The notes under the pieces: generated by a model
Database searches by the model: none
Told to the model about the DNA's origin: nothing
The model's input: the letters and a program-made list of their open reading frames with translations, nothing else
Source of the DNA: Mycolicibacterium smegmatis
GTDB lineage: Bacteria > Actinomycetota > Actinomycetes > Mycobacteriales > Mycobacteriaceae
Length of the DNA stretch: 32,000 nucleotides
Direction of reading: 5' to 3'
Assembly: GCF_001457595.1 (NCBI RefSeq)
Contig: NZ_LN831039.1
Coordinates: 3,060,001 to 3,092,000, forward strand
Shown here: positions 23,962-32,000 of the stretch, one piece after another
How positions within the stretch are numbered: the stretch's first letter is position 1
Layout of the letters: each line of letters begins with the position of its first letter
Made by a program: the position numbers and the translations under genes

Positions 23962-25302
23962 TCACGCGCCGCGGAGGACCTCTTCGAGGACGTCGAGTCC
24001 CTCGTTGAGCAGATCGTCACCGATCGACAACGGCGGCAGGAAACGCACCACGTTTCCGTAAGTGCCGCAAGACAATACGATCACCCCCGCGGCGTGCGCA
24101 CCTGCGCACAGGGCCTTGGTCAGGTCGGCATCGGGTTCGGTGGTGCCGGCCTTGACCAGTTCCATCGCGATCATCGCGCCGCGGCCCCGCACATCCCCGA
24201 TGCGGTCGTCCTCGGCCTGCAGGCGTCCCAGCCGGTCCTTCATGATCTTCTCGATCTGCTGCGCACGCGCCACGAGCCCCTCGGATTCGATGGTCTCGAT
24301 GGTCGCCAGCGCGGCCGCGCACGCGATCGGGTTGCCACCGTACGTGCCACCGAGTCCCGACACGTGCGGCGAGTCCATGATCTCGGCGCGTCCGGTGACC
24401 GCCGACAGCGGCAGGCCGCCTGCGATGCCCTTGGCGGTGACGATCAGATCGGGATCGATGCCCTCGTGCTCGCACGCGAACATCGCGCCCGTGCGCGCGA
24501 AACCCGTCTGGACCTCGTCGGCGATGAACACCACATCGTTCTTGCGGCACCAGTCGAGCAGCGTCGGCAGGAAACCGTCGGCGGGCACGATGAAGCCACC
24601 CTCACCCTGGATCGGCTCGATGACGACCGCGGCGAGGTTGTCGGCGCCGATCTGCTTGTCGATGACGGTGATCGCACGCTTGGCCGCCAGTTCGCCGTCG
24701 GTCGCCAGTTCCTTGCCGAACTCGGCATCGCGGAAGGGATAGGACAGCGGCGCGCGGTAGATCTCCGGCGCGAACGGTCCGAACCCGTGCTTGTACGGCA
24801 TGACCTTGGCCGTCAGCGCCATGGTCAGGTTGGTGCGGCCGTGATAGGCGTGATCGAACGCGACGACCGCGGGTTTGTGCGTGTGGGACCGCGCGATCTT
24901 GACGGCGTTCTCGACGGCCTCCGAACCCGAGTTGAACAGGGCCGAGCGTTTGTCACCGCGGACCGGGGTCAGCCGGTTGAGTTGCTCGCAGACCGCGACG
25001 TACCCCTCGTACGGCGTCACCATGAAGCATGTGTGGGTGAAGTCGCCGACCTGGCTGCGCACGGCCTCGACGACCTTCGGCGCGGAGTTGCCCACGGTGG
25101 TGACGGCAATGCCTGATCCGAGGTCGATCAGCCGGTTGCCGTCGACATCCTCGACGATGCCGCCGCCGGCCCTGACCGCGTAGACCGGCATCGTGGTGCC
25201 GACGCCGCGGGCGACGGCTGTGCCCTTCCTGTCGATCAGTGCCTGGGATCTCGGCCCAGGTATGGCGGTGGCGAGATGGCGGCTCTGCTCGGGATGGCTC
25301 AC
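23962..25302 (-). CDS. gabT: 4-aminobutyrate--2-oxoglutarate aminotransferase (class III PLP aminotransferase)
   Basis: Track start 25335 is TTG. GTG 25302 is preceded by GAGGAG with a 6-nt spacer and gives VSHPEQSRHLATAIPGPRSQ..., collinear with mycobacterial GabT. PLP lysine context DLIVTAKGIAGGLP. Confidence 0.93.
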   Translation of the reverse strand: MSHPEQSRHLATAIPGPRSQALIDRKGTAVARGVGTTMPVYAVRAGGGIVEDVDGNRLIDLGSGIAVTTVGNSAPKVVEAVRSQVGDFTHTCFMVTPYEGYVAVCEQLNRLTPVRGDKRSALFNSGSEAVENAVKIARSHTHKPAVVAFDHAYHGRTNLTMALTAKVMPYKHGFGPFAPEIYRAPLSYPFRDAEFGKELATDGELAAKRAITVIDKQIGADNLAAVVIEPIQGEGGFIVPADGFLPTLLDWCRKNDVVFIADEVQTGFARTGAMFACEHEGIDPDLIVTAKGIAGGLPLSAVTGRAEIMDSPHVSGLGGTYGGNPIACAAALATIETIESEGLVARAQQIEKIMKDRLGRLQAEDDRIGDVRGRGAMIAMELVKAGTTEPDADLTKALCAGAHAAGVIVLSCGTYGNVVRFLPPLSIGDDLLNEGLDVLEEVLRGA

Positions 25303-25639
25303 GGCGGACTCCTCGGCCGGAAAGGGGCGTGACAAGGGGCTTGAAAAGTGGAGTGGACATCGCGCGGATCGAGCCTAAACTCCGGCGGCAGTGGTGTAGC
25401 CGGTTTTCGACGCGGCTCCGGCGGCAGGTTTTGCCGGCCGGTTCGGCCGGATCCGCGAACACGGTGCGCACCCACCCCGGCCCGGATGTGCGAGCAACGT
25501 TAAGGTCCTGACAGCTGTCATTGGTGACCGCGCCATCCGCGGTGCCCTGCTGCAATGGCACACTGGTCAACTACGAGGTGCCGGTCTCGCCTGCGGTGCG
25601 GCCACCCTGACCGATACGAATCGACACGAAAGCCCTGTT

Positions 25640-25963
25640 ATGGACCTGGTCATTTTCCTGCCCCTGCTCATCATCATGGGCGCCTTCATGTTCTTCGCGT
25701 CGCGGCGCCAGAAGAAGGCCATGCAGGCCACCATCGACCTGCACAACTCGCTGCAGATCGGCGACCAGATCCACACCACCTCGGGTCTGAAGGGCACGAT
25801 CACCGGGATCAGCGACGATTACGTCGACCTGGAGATCGCTCCCGGCGTCATCACCACGTGGATGAAGCTGGCCGTCCGTGACCGTATCGACTCCGGTCTG
25901 GCGCAGGACGACGACGAGCTGAGCGAGCACACGAACGACACGGACGGCTACAAGAACGACTGA
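25640..25963 (+). CDS. yajC: Preprotein translocase subunit YajC
   Basis: 107 aa. A single N-terminal TM helix followed by FFASRRQKKAMQA...LQIGDQIHTTSGLKGTITGI, the YajC signature. Confidence 0.93.
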   Translation: MDLVIFLPLLIIMGAFMFFASRRQKKAMQATIDLHNSLQIGDQIHTTSGLKGTITGISDDYVDLEIAPGVITTWMKLAVRDRIDSGLAQDDDELSEHTNDTDGYKND

Positions 25964-26035
25964 CCACCTGACCACTCAGGAGCAACACGTACCCTTTGCG
26001 TGCTGACGAACTGATCTCAAGGAGACCCAAACAAC

Positions 26036-27898
26036 GTGGCATCGTCTTCGGCGCCGGTGCATCCTGCGCGCTACCTGACGCTTTTTCTGGTGCTGCTTGT
26101 CGGCGTCTACTTACTGGTGTTCCTGACCGGTGACAAGAAGCCCGAGCCCAAGCTGGGCATCGATCTGCAGGGTGGCACCCGCGTCACACTGACGGCGCGC
26201 ACCCCGGATGGTTCGGCACCCACACGGGATGCGCTGAACCAGGCCCAGCAGATCATCAGTGCCCGTGTCGACGGGCTCGGCGTCTCCGGCTCCGAAGTCG
26301 TGATCGACGGCGACAACCTGGTCATCACGGTTCCCGGTAACGACGGCAACGAAGCACGCAACCTCGGGCAGACCGCCCGGCTGTACATCCGCCCGGTCAT
26401 CCACGCGATGGCGGCCCAACCGCCCACGGAGGACGGCCAGCCGCCCGCAGGTGCGCCAGGTGCGCCCGGCGCCCCGGGTGGAGCCCCCGGCGCACCCGGG
26501 TTGCCCGGTCTGCCTGGTCTGTCCGGTCTTCCCGGCATGCCGGGAGCTCCAGGAGCCCCCGGCGCCCCGCAGGAGGCGCCGCCGGGCATGCCAGTGCCCG
26601 GCGAGGCACCCGGCGGAGAGGCGCCCGCGCCGCCTGCCGGTGAGCAGCCGGCACCCCAGCCGCGGCCGTATCCGCTGGAACCCGCCCCGACGCCCGGCGA
26701 GCCCACACCGGCGCCCGCACCGGAACCGGCACCAGGCGAGAATCCGCCCGCCGCACCGGCGCCGGGCGCCGACGGTGACAAGGCCGATCTCGCTCAGCGC
26801 ATCGCCACGGCCAAGCAGTGGCGCCAGAGCACCGACCCCACCATGCAGATCCTCGGGTTGCAGGTGCAGGCCAACCTGTGCGGCGAGGACGACATCCTGG
26901 CAGGCAACGACGATCCGAACCTGCCGCTGATCACGTGCTCCACCGACGGATCGACGGTGTACCTGCTCAACAAGTCGATCATGAGCGGCGAGGAGATCAA
27001 GAACGCCACGTCCGGCCTGGACCAGCAGCAGGGCCAGTACGTCGTCGATGTCGAGTTCAAGTCCGGCGGCGCGCAGACCTGGGCGGACTTCACCGCCGCG
27101 AATGTCGGCACGCAGACCGCGTTCACGCTGGACTCCAAGGTGGTCAGCGCACCGGAGATCCGTGAGGCCATCCCCGGTGGCAACACGCAGATCACCGGGC
27201 AGTTCACCGCCGACTCGGCCAAGGAGCTGGCAAACGTCCTCAAGTACGGTTCGCTGCCGCTGTCGTTCGAGTCGTCGGAGGCCGAGACCGTGTCGGCGAC
27301 CCTGGGACTGTCCTCGCTGCGGGCCGGCCTGATCGCCGGTGCGATCGGTCTGGCGGCGGTGCTGCTGTACTCACTGCTGTACTACCGCGTGCTCGGCCTG
27401 CTGGTCGCGCTGTCGCTGGTCGCCGCGGGTGCGGTGGTGTACGCGATCCTGGTGCTGCTGGGCAGGTACATCGGTTACACGCTCGACCTGGCGGGTATCG
27501 CGGGTCTGATCATCGGTATCGGCACCACCGCCGACTCGTTCGTGGTGTTCTTCGAACGCATCAAGGACGAGATCCGGGAAGGGCGGTCGTTCCGCTCCGC
27601 GGTGCCACGAGGCTGGGTGCGCGCACGCAAGACCATCGTGTCCGGCAACGCCGTGACCTTCCTGGCCGCCGCGGTCCTGTATGTCCTGGCGATCGGCCAG
27701 GTCAAGGGATTCGCGTTCACGCTGGGCCTGACGACCATTCTCGACCTCGTCGTCGTGTTCCTCGTGACCTGGCCGCTGGTGTACCTGGCATCCAAGTCGC
27801 CGACGATGGCCAAACCCAAGCTGAACGGACTCGGCGCGGTGCAGCAGATCGCACGCGAACGCCGAGAGGTTTCGCATGCGACCGCGGGACGGGGTTAG
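26036..27898 (+). CDS. secD: Protein translocase subunit SecD
   Basis: 620 aa, GTG start after [18 protein letters not shown] motif and a C-terminal six-TM SecDF domain ([26 protein letters not shown]). Contains a long Pro/Gly/Ala-rich insertion. Confidence 0.95.
   Translation: MASSSAPVHPARYLTLFLVLLVGVYLLVFLTGDKKPEPKLGIDLQGGTRVTLTARTPDGSAPTRDALNQAQQIISARVDGLGVSGSEVVIDGDNLVITVPGNDGNEARNLGQTARLYIRPVIHAMAAQPPTEDGQPPAGAPGAPGAPGGAPGAPGLPGLPGLSGLPGMPGAPGAPGAPQEAPPGMPVPGEAPGGEAPAPPAGEQPAPQPRPYPLEPAPTPGEPTPAPAPEPAPGENPPAAPAPGADGDKADLAQRIATAKQWRQSTDPTMQILGLQVQANLCGEDDILAGNDDPNLPLITCSTDGSTVYLLNKSIMSGEEIKNATSGLDQQQGQYVVDVEFKSGGAQTWADFTAANVGTQTAFTLDSKVVSAPEIREAIPGGNTQITGQFTADSAKELANVLKYGSLPLSFESSEAETVSATLGLSSLRAGLIAGAIGLAAVLLYSLLYYRVLGLLVALSLVAAGAVVYAILVLLGRYIGYTLDLAGIAGLIIGIGTTADSFVVFFERIKDEIREGRSFRSAVPRGWVRARKTIVSGNAVTFLAAAVLYVLAIGQVKGFAFTLGLTTILDLVVVFLVTWPLVYLASKSPTMAKPKLNGLGAVQQIARERREVSHATAGRG
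26414..26773 (+). repeat. Low-complexity Pro/Gly/Ala-rich coding tract within secD, including collagen-like G-x-P triplets
   Basis: Codons ~127-246. The core at 26447-26566 encodes [40 protein letters not shown] from imperfect 9-nt tandem units. Confidence 0.85.
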
Positions 27899-27902
27899 AC
27901 AC

Positions 27903-29171
27903 ATGGCCGCAAAACAGACAAAAGACGACGACACCACCTCGACCGCCGTCGAGGCCACGCCGATCGAGACGTCGGCCGATTCGGCCGCCCTGCCCAAGCA
28001 CGGGTTCTTCGTCCGGCTGTACACGGGCACCGGCGCTTTCGAGGTCATCGGCAAGCGCAAGCTCTGGTACGCGGTCAGCGGCATCATCGTCGTGATCTCG
28101 CTCGCCAGCATCCTGCTGCGCGGGTTCACCTTCGGCATCGACTTCGAGGGCGGCACCAAGGTGTCGCTGCCCGCGGCCGGTGCGCAGGGGACCATCACCG
28201 TGCAGCAGGTCGAGGATGTCTTCAACCAGACCCTCGGCCGCTCACCGGAGTCGGTGGTGACCGTCGGCAGTGGCGGATCGGCCACCCTGCAGATCCGCGC
28301 CGAGACGCTCACCAACGAGGAAACCGAGGAACTGCGCAACGCGCTGTTCGACACCTTGCAGCCCAAGGGCGCCGACGGACAGCCCAGCAAGCAGGTCATC
28401 AGCGACTCGGCGGTGTCCGAGACGTGGGGCGGTCAGATCACCAAGAAGATGGTGATCGCGCTCGTGGTGTTCCTGGTGCTCGCCGCGATCTACATCACGT
28501 GGCGCTACGAGCGCTACATGGCGATCTCGGCGCTGGCGACCATGGTGTTCGACATCGTGGTGACCGCGGGCGTGTACTCGCTGGTGGGCTTCGAGGTCAC
28601 CCCGGCCACGGTGATCGGCCTGCTGACGATCCTGGGCTTCTCGCTGTACGACACGGTCATCGTGTTCGACAAGGTCGAGGAGAACACGCACGGCTTCGAG
28701 CACACGACCCGCAGGACCTTCGCCGAACAGGCCAACCTCGCGGTCAACCAGACGTTCATGCGTTCGATCAACACCAGCCTCATCTCGGTGCTGCCGATCG
28801 TCGCGCTGATGGTCGTCGCGGTGTGGCTGCTGGGCGTCGGCACGCTGATGGACCTCGCGCTCGTGCAGCTCGTGGGCGTCATCGTGGGCACCTACTCGTC
28901 GATCTACTTCGCGACGCCACTGCTGGTGTCGCTGCGCGAACGCACCGAGCTGGTGCGCAAGCACACCCAGAAGGTGCTCAACCGTCGCCAGGCGGGCAAG
29001 GGCGCGGTGAAGACCGCCGCCGACGACGCGTCGGAGGAAGCCGACGGCGGCGACACCGTCACCGCGAGCTCGACTCCCGCCGCAGCCAAGCCCGCTCCCG
29101 GCGCCCGGCCGGCCCGCCCGTCCGGCGCCAGGACCGGTCGCCCGTCGGGTAAACGGACCAACCGGCGGTAG
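27903..29171 (+). CDS. secF: Protein translocase subunit SecF
   Basis: ATG 27903 (MAAKQTKDD...) is preferred over track start 27876, by collinearity with mycobacterial SecF (MASKAKTG...). Motifs GIDFEGGT and LLTILGFSLYDTVIVFDKVEEN. Basic Ala/Pro-rich C-terminal tail. Confidence 0.92.
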   Translation: MAAKQTKDDDTTSTAVEATPIETSADSAALPKHGFFVRLYTGTGAFEVIGKRKLWYAVSGIIVVISLASILLRGFTFGIDFEGGTKVSLPAAGAQGTITVQQVEDVFNQTLGRSPESVVTVGSGGSATLQIRAETLTNEETEELRNALFDTLQPKGADGQPSKQVISDSAVSETWGGQITKKMVIALVVFLVLAAIYITWRYERYMAISALATMVFDIVVTAGVYSLVGFEVTPATVIGLLTILGFSLYDTVIVFDKVEENTHGFEHTTRRTFAEQANLAVNQTFMRSINTSLISVLPIVALMVVAVWLLGVGTLMDLALVQLVGVIVGTYSSIYFATPLLVSLRERTELVRKHTQKVLNRRQAGKGAVKTAADDASEEADGGDTVTASSTPAAAKPAPGARPARPSGARTGRPSGKRTNRR

Positions 29172-29176
29172 ACCGG

Positions 29177-30844
29177 ATGGCTCACCGGAGCGCCACCGCC
29201 CGCGCGCGGGCCGCAGTAGTGCTGGCGGTGCTGTCGCTGCTGGCGGGCGTGGGACTCACCAGCTGCGGCAGCGGCTCGGCCGGCGAGATCGACTACGCCG
29301 TCGACGGCACGCTGACGACGTACAACACCAACACCGTCGCCGGGGCCGCCTCGAGCGGGCCGCAGGCGTTCGCCCGCACCCTGACCGGCTTCGCCTACCA
29401 CGGTCCCGACGGCCAGGTGGTCGCCGACCACGACTTCGGCACGATGTCGGTGGTGGGCCGCGCGCCGCTGGTGCTCGACTACGTCATCAACGACAACGCC
29501 GTGTACTCCGACGGCAAACCGATCACGTGTGACGACATGGTCCTCACCTGGGCCGCGCAGTCCGGGCGGTTCCCCGGATTCGATTCCGCGAGCCGCGCCG
29601 GTTACCGCGACATCGGTTCGGTGGACTGCGAACCCGGGCAGAAGCGCGCCAGGGTGTCGTTCGCGCAGGACCGCGGTTTCCTCGACTACGGCTACCTGTT
29701 CGCCGCGACGTCGCTCATGCCGTCGCACGTCATCGCCGACGAACTCGGCCTAGGCGACGGCGGCGTGGTCACGGCGTTCCGCGACAACGATCTCAACGCG
29801 ATCGAGAACATCGCCAAGGCGTGGAACACGATCTGGGACCTCAAGCCCGACATCGACCTCAAACGCTTCCCGTCGTCGGGCCCCTACCGGCTCGACTCGG
29901 TGTCCGAGGACGGCTCGGTGGTGCTCGTCGCCAACGACAAGTGGTGGGGCACGCCTGCCATCACACCCAAGGTGACCGTGTGGCCACGTGGCGCCGACAT
30001 CCAGGAACGCGTCAACGAGGGATCGTTCGACGTCGTCGACATCGCCACGGGCTCTTCGGGTCTGCTCAACCTGCCCGACGACTACGTCAGCACCGACACC
30101 CCGTCGGCCGGCATCGAACAGCTCATCTTCGCGCCGCGCGGCCCGCTCGGTGCTCCTGACGCCCGTCGCGCGGTGGCGCTGTGCACACCGCGCGACGTGA
30201 TCGCCCGCAACGCCGAGATGCCGATCGCCAACGCGCGGCTGAGCCCGGCCTCGGAGGATGCGTTCAGCGTGGCCGAGGGCGCCGCGGAAGGCGGCCGGTT
30301 CAGCGTCGCCAACCCCGACGCCGCCCGCGACGCGCTCGACAACCGGCCGCTCACGGTCCGCATCGGCTACCAGACCCCGAACGCGCGGCTCGCCGCGATC
30401 GTCGGGGCCATCGCGAAAGCCTGTGCGCCTGCGGGCATCACGGTGCAGGACGCCGGCTCGGAGACCGCGGGCCCGATCGCGCTGCGCAACAACGAGATCG
30501 ACGCACTGCTCGCGAGCACGGGAGGCGCTGCGGGCGCGGGTTCGTCGGGGTCGTCGGCGATCGACGCCTACACCCTGCACGTCGGCAACGGAAACAACCT
30601 GCCGAACTACAACAACGAGCGGATCGACGGCATCATCGACGCGCTCGCGGTCACCTCCGACCCCAAGGAACTGGCCCGACTGCTGGGTGAGGGCGCACCG
30701 ATCCTGTGGAACGACGTGCCCACCCTGCCGTTGTACCGCCAGCAGCGCACGGTGCTCACGTCCAACAAGATGTACGCGGTGAGCGGCAACCCGACCCGGT
30801 GGGGTGCGGGCTGGAACATGGACCGGTGGAAGTTGTCGAAATGA
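29177..30844 (+). CDS. Lipoprotein, ABC-transporter family-5 substrate-binding-protein-like (Rv2585c-like)
   Basis: 555 aa. Signal peptide with lipobox LTSC (Cys in [10 protein letters not shown]). The size and the position between secF and apt match the conserved mycobacterial lipoprotein. The SBP family call is from general resemblance only. Confidence 0.75.
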   Translation: MAHRSATARARAAVVLAVLSLLAGVGLTSCGSGSAGEIDYAVDGTLTTYNTNTVAGAASSGPQAFARTLTGFAYHGPDGQVVADHDFGTMSVVGRAPLVLDYVINDNAVYSDGKPITCDDMVLTWAAQSGRFPGFDSASRAGYRDIGSVDCEPGQKRARVSFAQDRGFLDYGYLFAATSLMPSHVIADELGLGDGGVVTAFRDNDLNAIENIAKAWNTIWDLKPDIDLKRFPSSGPYRLDSVSEDGSVVLVANDKWWGTPAITPKVTVWPRGADIQERVNEGSFDVVDIATGSSGLLNLPDDYVSTDTPSAGIEQLIFAPRGPLGAPDARRAVALCTPRDVIARNAEMPIANARLSPASEDAFSVAEGAAEGGRFSVANPDAARDALDNRPLTVRIGYQTPNARLAAIVGAIAKACAPAGITVQDAGSETAGPIALRNNEIDALLASTGGAAGAGSSGSSAIDAYTLHVGNGNNLPNYNNERIDGIIDALAVTSDPKELARLLGEGAPILWNDVPTLPLYRQQRTVLTSNKMYAVSGNPTRWGAGWNMDRWKLSK

Positions 30845-30851
30845 CGTTCAA

Positions 30852-31394
30852 ATGACCCAGCACCACGACACGGCCGAGGTGTCGCGGGTGATCGCGACGC
30901 TCACCCGCGAGGTCGCCGACTTCCCCGAACCGGGCATCCAGTTCAAGGACCTCACGCCGCTTCTCGCCGATGCGCGCGGTCTGCGCGTGGTCACCGACGC
31001 GCTGGCCGACATCGCCTCGGGCGCGGATCTGGTCGCGGGTCTGGATGCGCGCGGTTTCCTGCTGGGCGCGGCGGTGGCCACCCGGCTGGGCACCGGTGTG
31101 CTGGCGGTCCGCAAGGGCGGCAAGCTGCCGCCTCCGGTCCACGGAGCGACGTACCAATTGGAGTACGGCACGGCGACCCTGGAGATCCCCGCCGAAGGAA
31201 TTGACATCGCCGGGCGCAACGTTGTGATCATCGACGATGTGCTCGCCACCGGCGGGACGCTGGCCGCGGCGGCCAGGCTGCTCGGCGACTGTGGCGCCAA
31301 CGTGACCGGCGCCGGAGTGGTTCTCGAGCTCGAAGCCCTCCGCGGACGCGAAGCGGTGGCACCATTGGGCGTACGAAGCCTGCACATCATCTGA
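30852..31394 (+). CDS. apt: Adenine phosphoribosyltransferase
   Basis: Track ORF 30804 is over-extended; ATG 30852 gives MTQHHD.... Motifs [15 protein letters not shown] and PRPP-binding [13 protein letters not shown]. Confidence 0.93.
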   Translation: MTQHHDTAEVSRVIATLTREVADFPEPGIQFKDLTPLLADARGLRVVTDALADIASGADLVAGLDARGFLLGAAVATRLGTGVLAVRKGGKLPPPVHGATYQLEYGTATLEIPAEGIDIAGRNVVIIDDVLATGGTLAAAARLLGDCGANVTGAGVVLELEALRGREAVAPLGVRSLHII

Positions 31395-31437
31395 GGGATA
31401 TCCTCGAATTCGGGTTGCTGGGCAGGAGGTGACAACC

Positions 31438-32000
31438 ATGGTCGACGAGCCAGGCAAGGGTCAGGCCGTGCAGTCTCCTCCCGCGGTGCCCGAAACCGTG
31501 CCCAAACCCCCGTCCGGCACGGCACCGACGACCACACCGGCGGCTCCGTCGACGTCGTCGGAGACCGCACGTATCAGCGCCTCGCGTCGCGTGCGCGCCC
31601 GGCTGGCGCGCAGGATGACCGCGCAGCGCAGTGCGATCAACCCGGTGCTCGAACCGCTGGTCGCCGTGCACCGCGAGATCTACCCGAAGGCCGATCTGCA
31701 GCTGTTGCAGCGGGCCTACGAGGTGGCCGAGAAACGCCACGCCGACCAGTTGCGCAAGTCCGGTGACCCCTACATCACGCATCCGCTGGCGGTCGCGAAC
31801 ATCCTGGCCGAGCTCGGCATGGACACCACCACGCTGGTGGCCGCGCTGCTGCACGACACCGTCGAGGACACGGGCTACAGCCTGGAGGCGCTGACCGCCG
31901 ACTTCGGCAGCGAGGTCGGGCACCTCGTCGACGGTGTGACCAAGCTGGACAAGGTCGTGCTGGGTTCGGCGGCCGAGGGCGAGACCATCCGCAAGATGAT
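31438..32000 (+). CDS. rel: Bifunctional (p)ppGpp synthetase/hydrolase Rel, N-terminal fragment (3' end outside the window)
   Basis: Not in the supplied ORF track. Hand translation from ATG 31438 (RBS AGGAGG at 31424-31429) gives MVDEPGKGQ...[19 protein letters not shown]...[64 protein letters not shown], the HD hydrolase domain of mycobacterial Rel. The frame is open to the window end. Confidence 0.95.
   Translation, partial: MVDEPGKGQAVQSPPAVPETVPKPPSGTAPTTTPAAPSTSSETARISASRRVRARLARRMTAQRSAINPVLEPLVAVHREIYPKADLQLLQRAYEVAEKRHADQLRKSGDPYITHPLAVANILAELGMDTTTLVAALLHDTVEDTGYSLEALTADFGSEVGHLVDGVTKLDKVVLGSAAEGETIRKM

Noticed and set aside
23929-25116. 395-aa plus-strand ORF antisense to gabT
   Set aside because: The gabT frame shows class III aminotransferase motifs throughout. 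The antisense product is Arg/Asp/Gly-rich with no recognisable fold signature.
25380-25451. Possible tRNA or small structured RNA in the gabT-yajC spacer (GTGGTGTAGCCGGTT resembles a D-arm)
   Set aside because: I could not fold a cloverleaf. There is no acceptor stem, T-psi-C arm (GTTCGAATC-like) or anticodon stem. It is better described as an imperfect 36-bp tandem duplication plus a hairpin.
26447-26566. Short tandem 9-nt repeats that might be mistaken for a repeat array or CRISPR
   Set aside because: The units are contiguous with no spacers, lie in frame inside secD and encode G-x-P triplets. This is not a CRISPR array.
26107-26781. 224-aa minus-strand Pro/Gly/Ala-rich ORF (PE_PGRS-like look) opposite secD
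   Set aside because: It is the mirror image of the G-x-P/Pro-rich tract of secD, because GC-rich triplet repeats stay open on both strands. It has no PE/PPE N-terminal domain or start context.
1-32000. Search for defence systems, toxin-antitoxin pairs, prophage or integrase genes, CRISPR, rRNA or tRNA genes
   Set aside because: None found. Every ORF of credible coding character is accounted for by housekeeping, catabolic or IS functions. The vapBC-type TA pairs that flank this region in M. tuberculosis are absent here.

Overview
High-GC actinobacterial chromosomal segment. Gene content and order match the conserved mycobacterial backbone pimA - Nudix - pdxS - tesB - pdxT - yebC ... ruvC - ruvA - ruvB ... 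car/fadD9 - gabT - yajC - secD - secF - lipoprotein - apt - rel (M. tuberculosis Rv2610c down to Rv2583c, recalled from memory). The proteins (e.g. CAR beginning [10 protein letters not shown]) look like a fast-growing Mycolicibacterium, plausibly M. smegmatis or a close relative; only a database search can confirm this. I call 32 protein-coding genes. Two are cut by the window edges, and rel at 31438-32000 is missing from the supplied ORF track and was found by hand translation. There is one intact IS630-family insertion sequence with its inverted repeats and TA duplication, plus several regulatory sites and hairpins. I see no rRNA, tRNA, CRISPR array, prophage, toxin-antitoxin pair or recognisable defence system. 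Most long ORFs in the track are antisense or out-of-frame artefacts of high GC content, and several track starts are TTG/GTG extensions that I re-set using RBS position and homologue N-termini. Most of the window is ordinary housekeeping DNA. The most system-like unexplained content is a nine-gene, co-directional island (8.7-17.5 kb) between ruvB/DUF1304 and car. It encodes a cyclase-family amidohydrolase, an atypical crotonase, a three-subunit molybdenum hydroxylase, a carboxylate-type MFS transporter, EthD, a LacI regulator and an NTF2-like protein. It is bracketed by two copies of a near-identical 16-nt palindromic operator-like motif, and its substrate cannot be deduced from sequence. Secondary points: an IS630 element inserted in a CTAG that serves as stop codon for both a host gene and the transposase; a repeated AT-rich motif in the car leader; an SOS box at ruvC; and a collagen-like G-x-P tract inside SecD.
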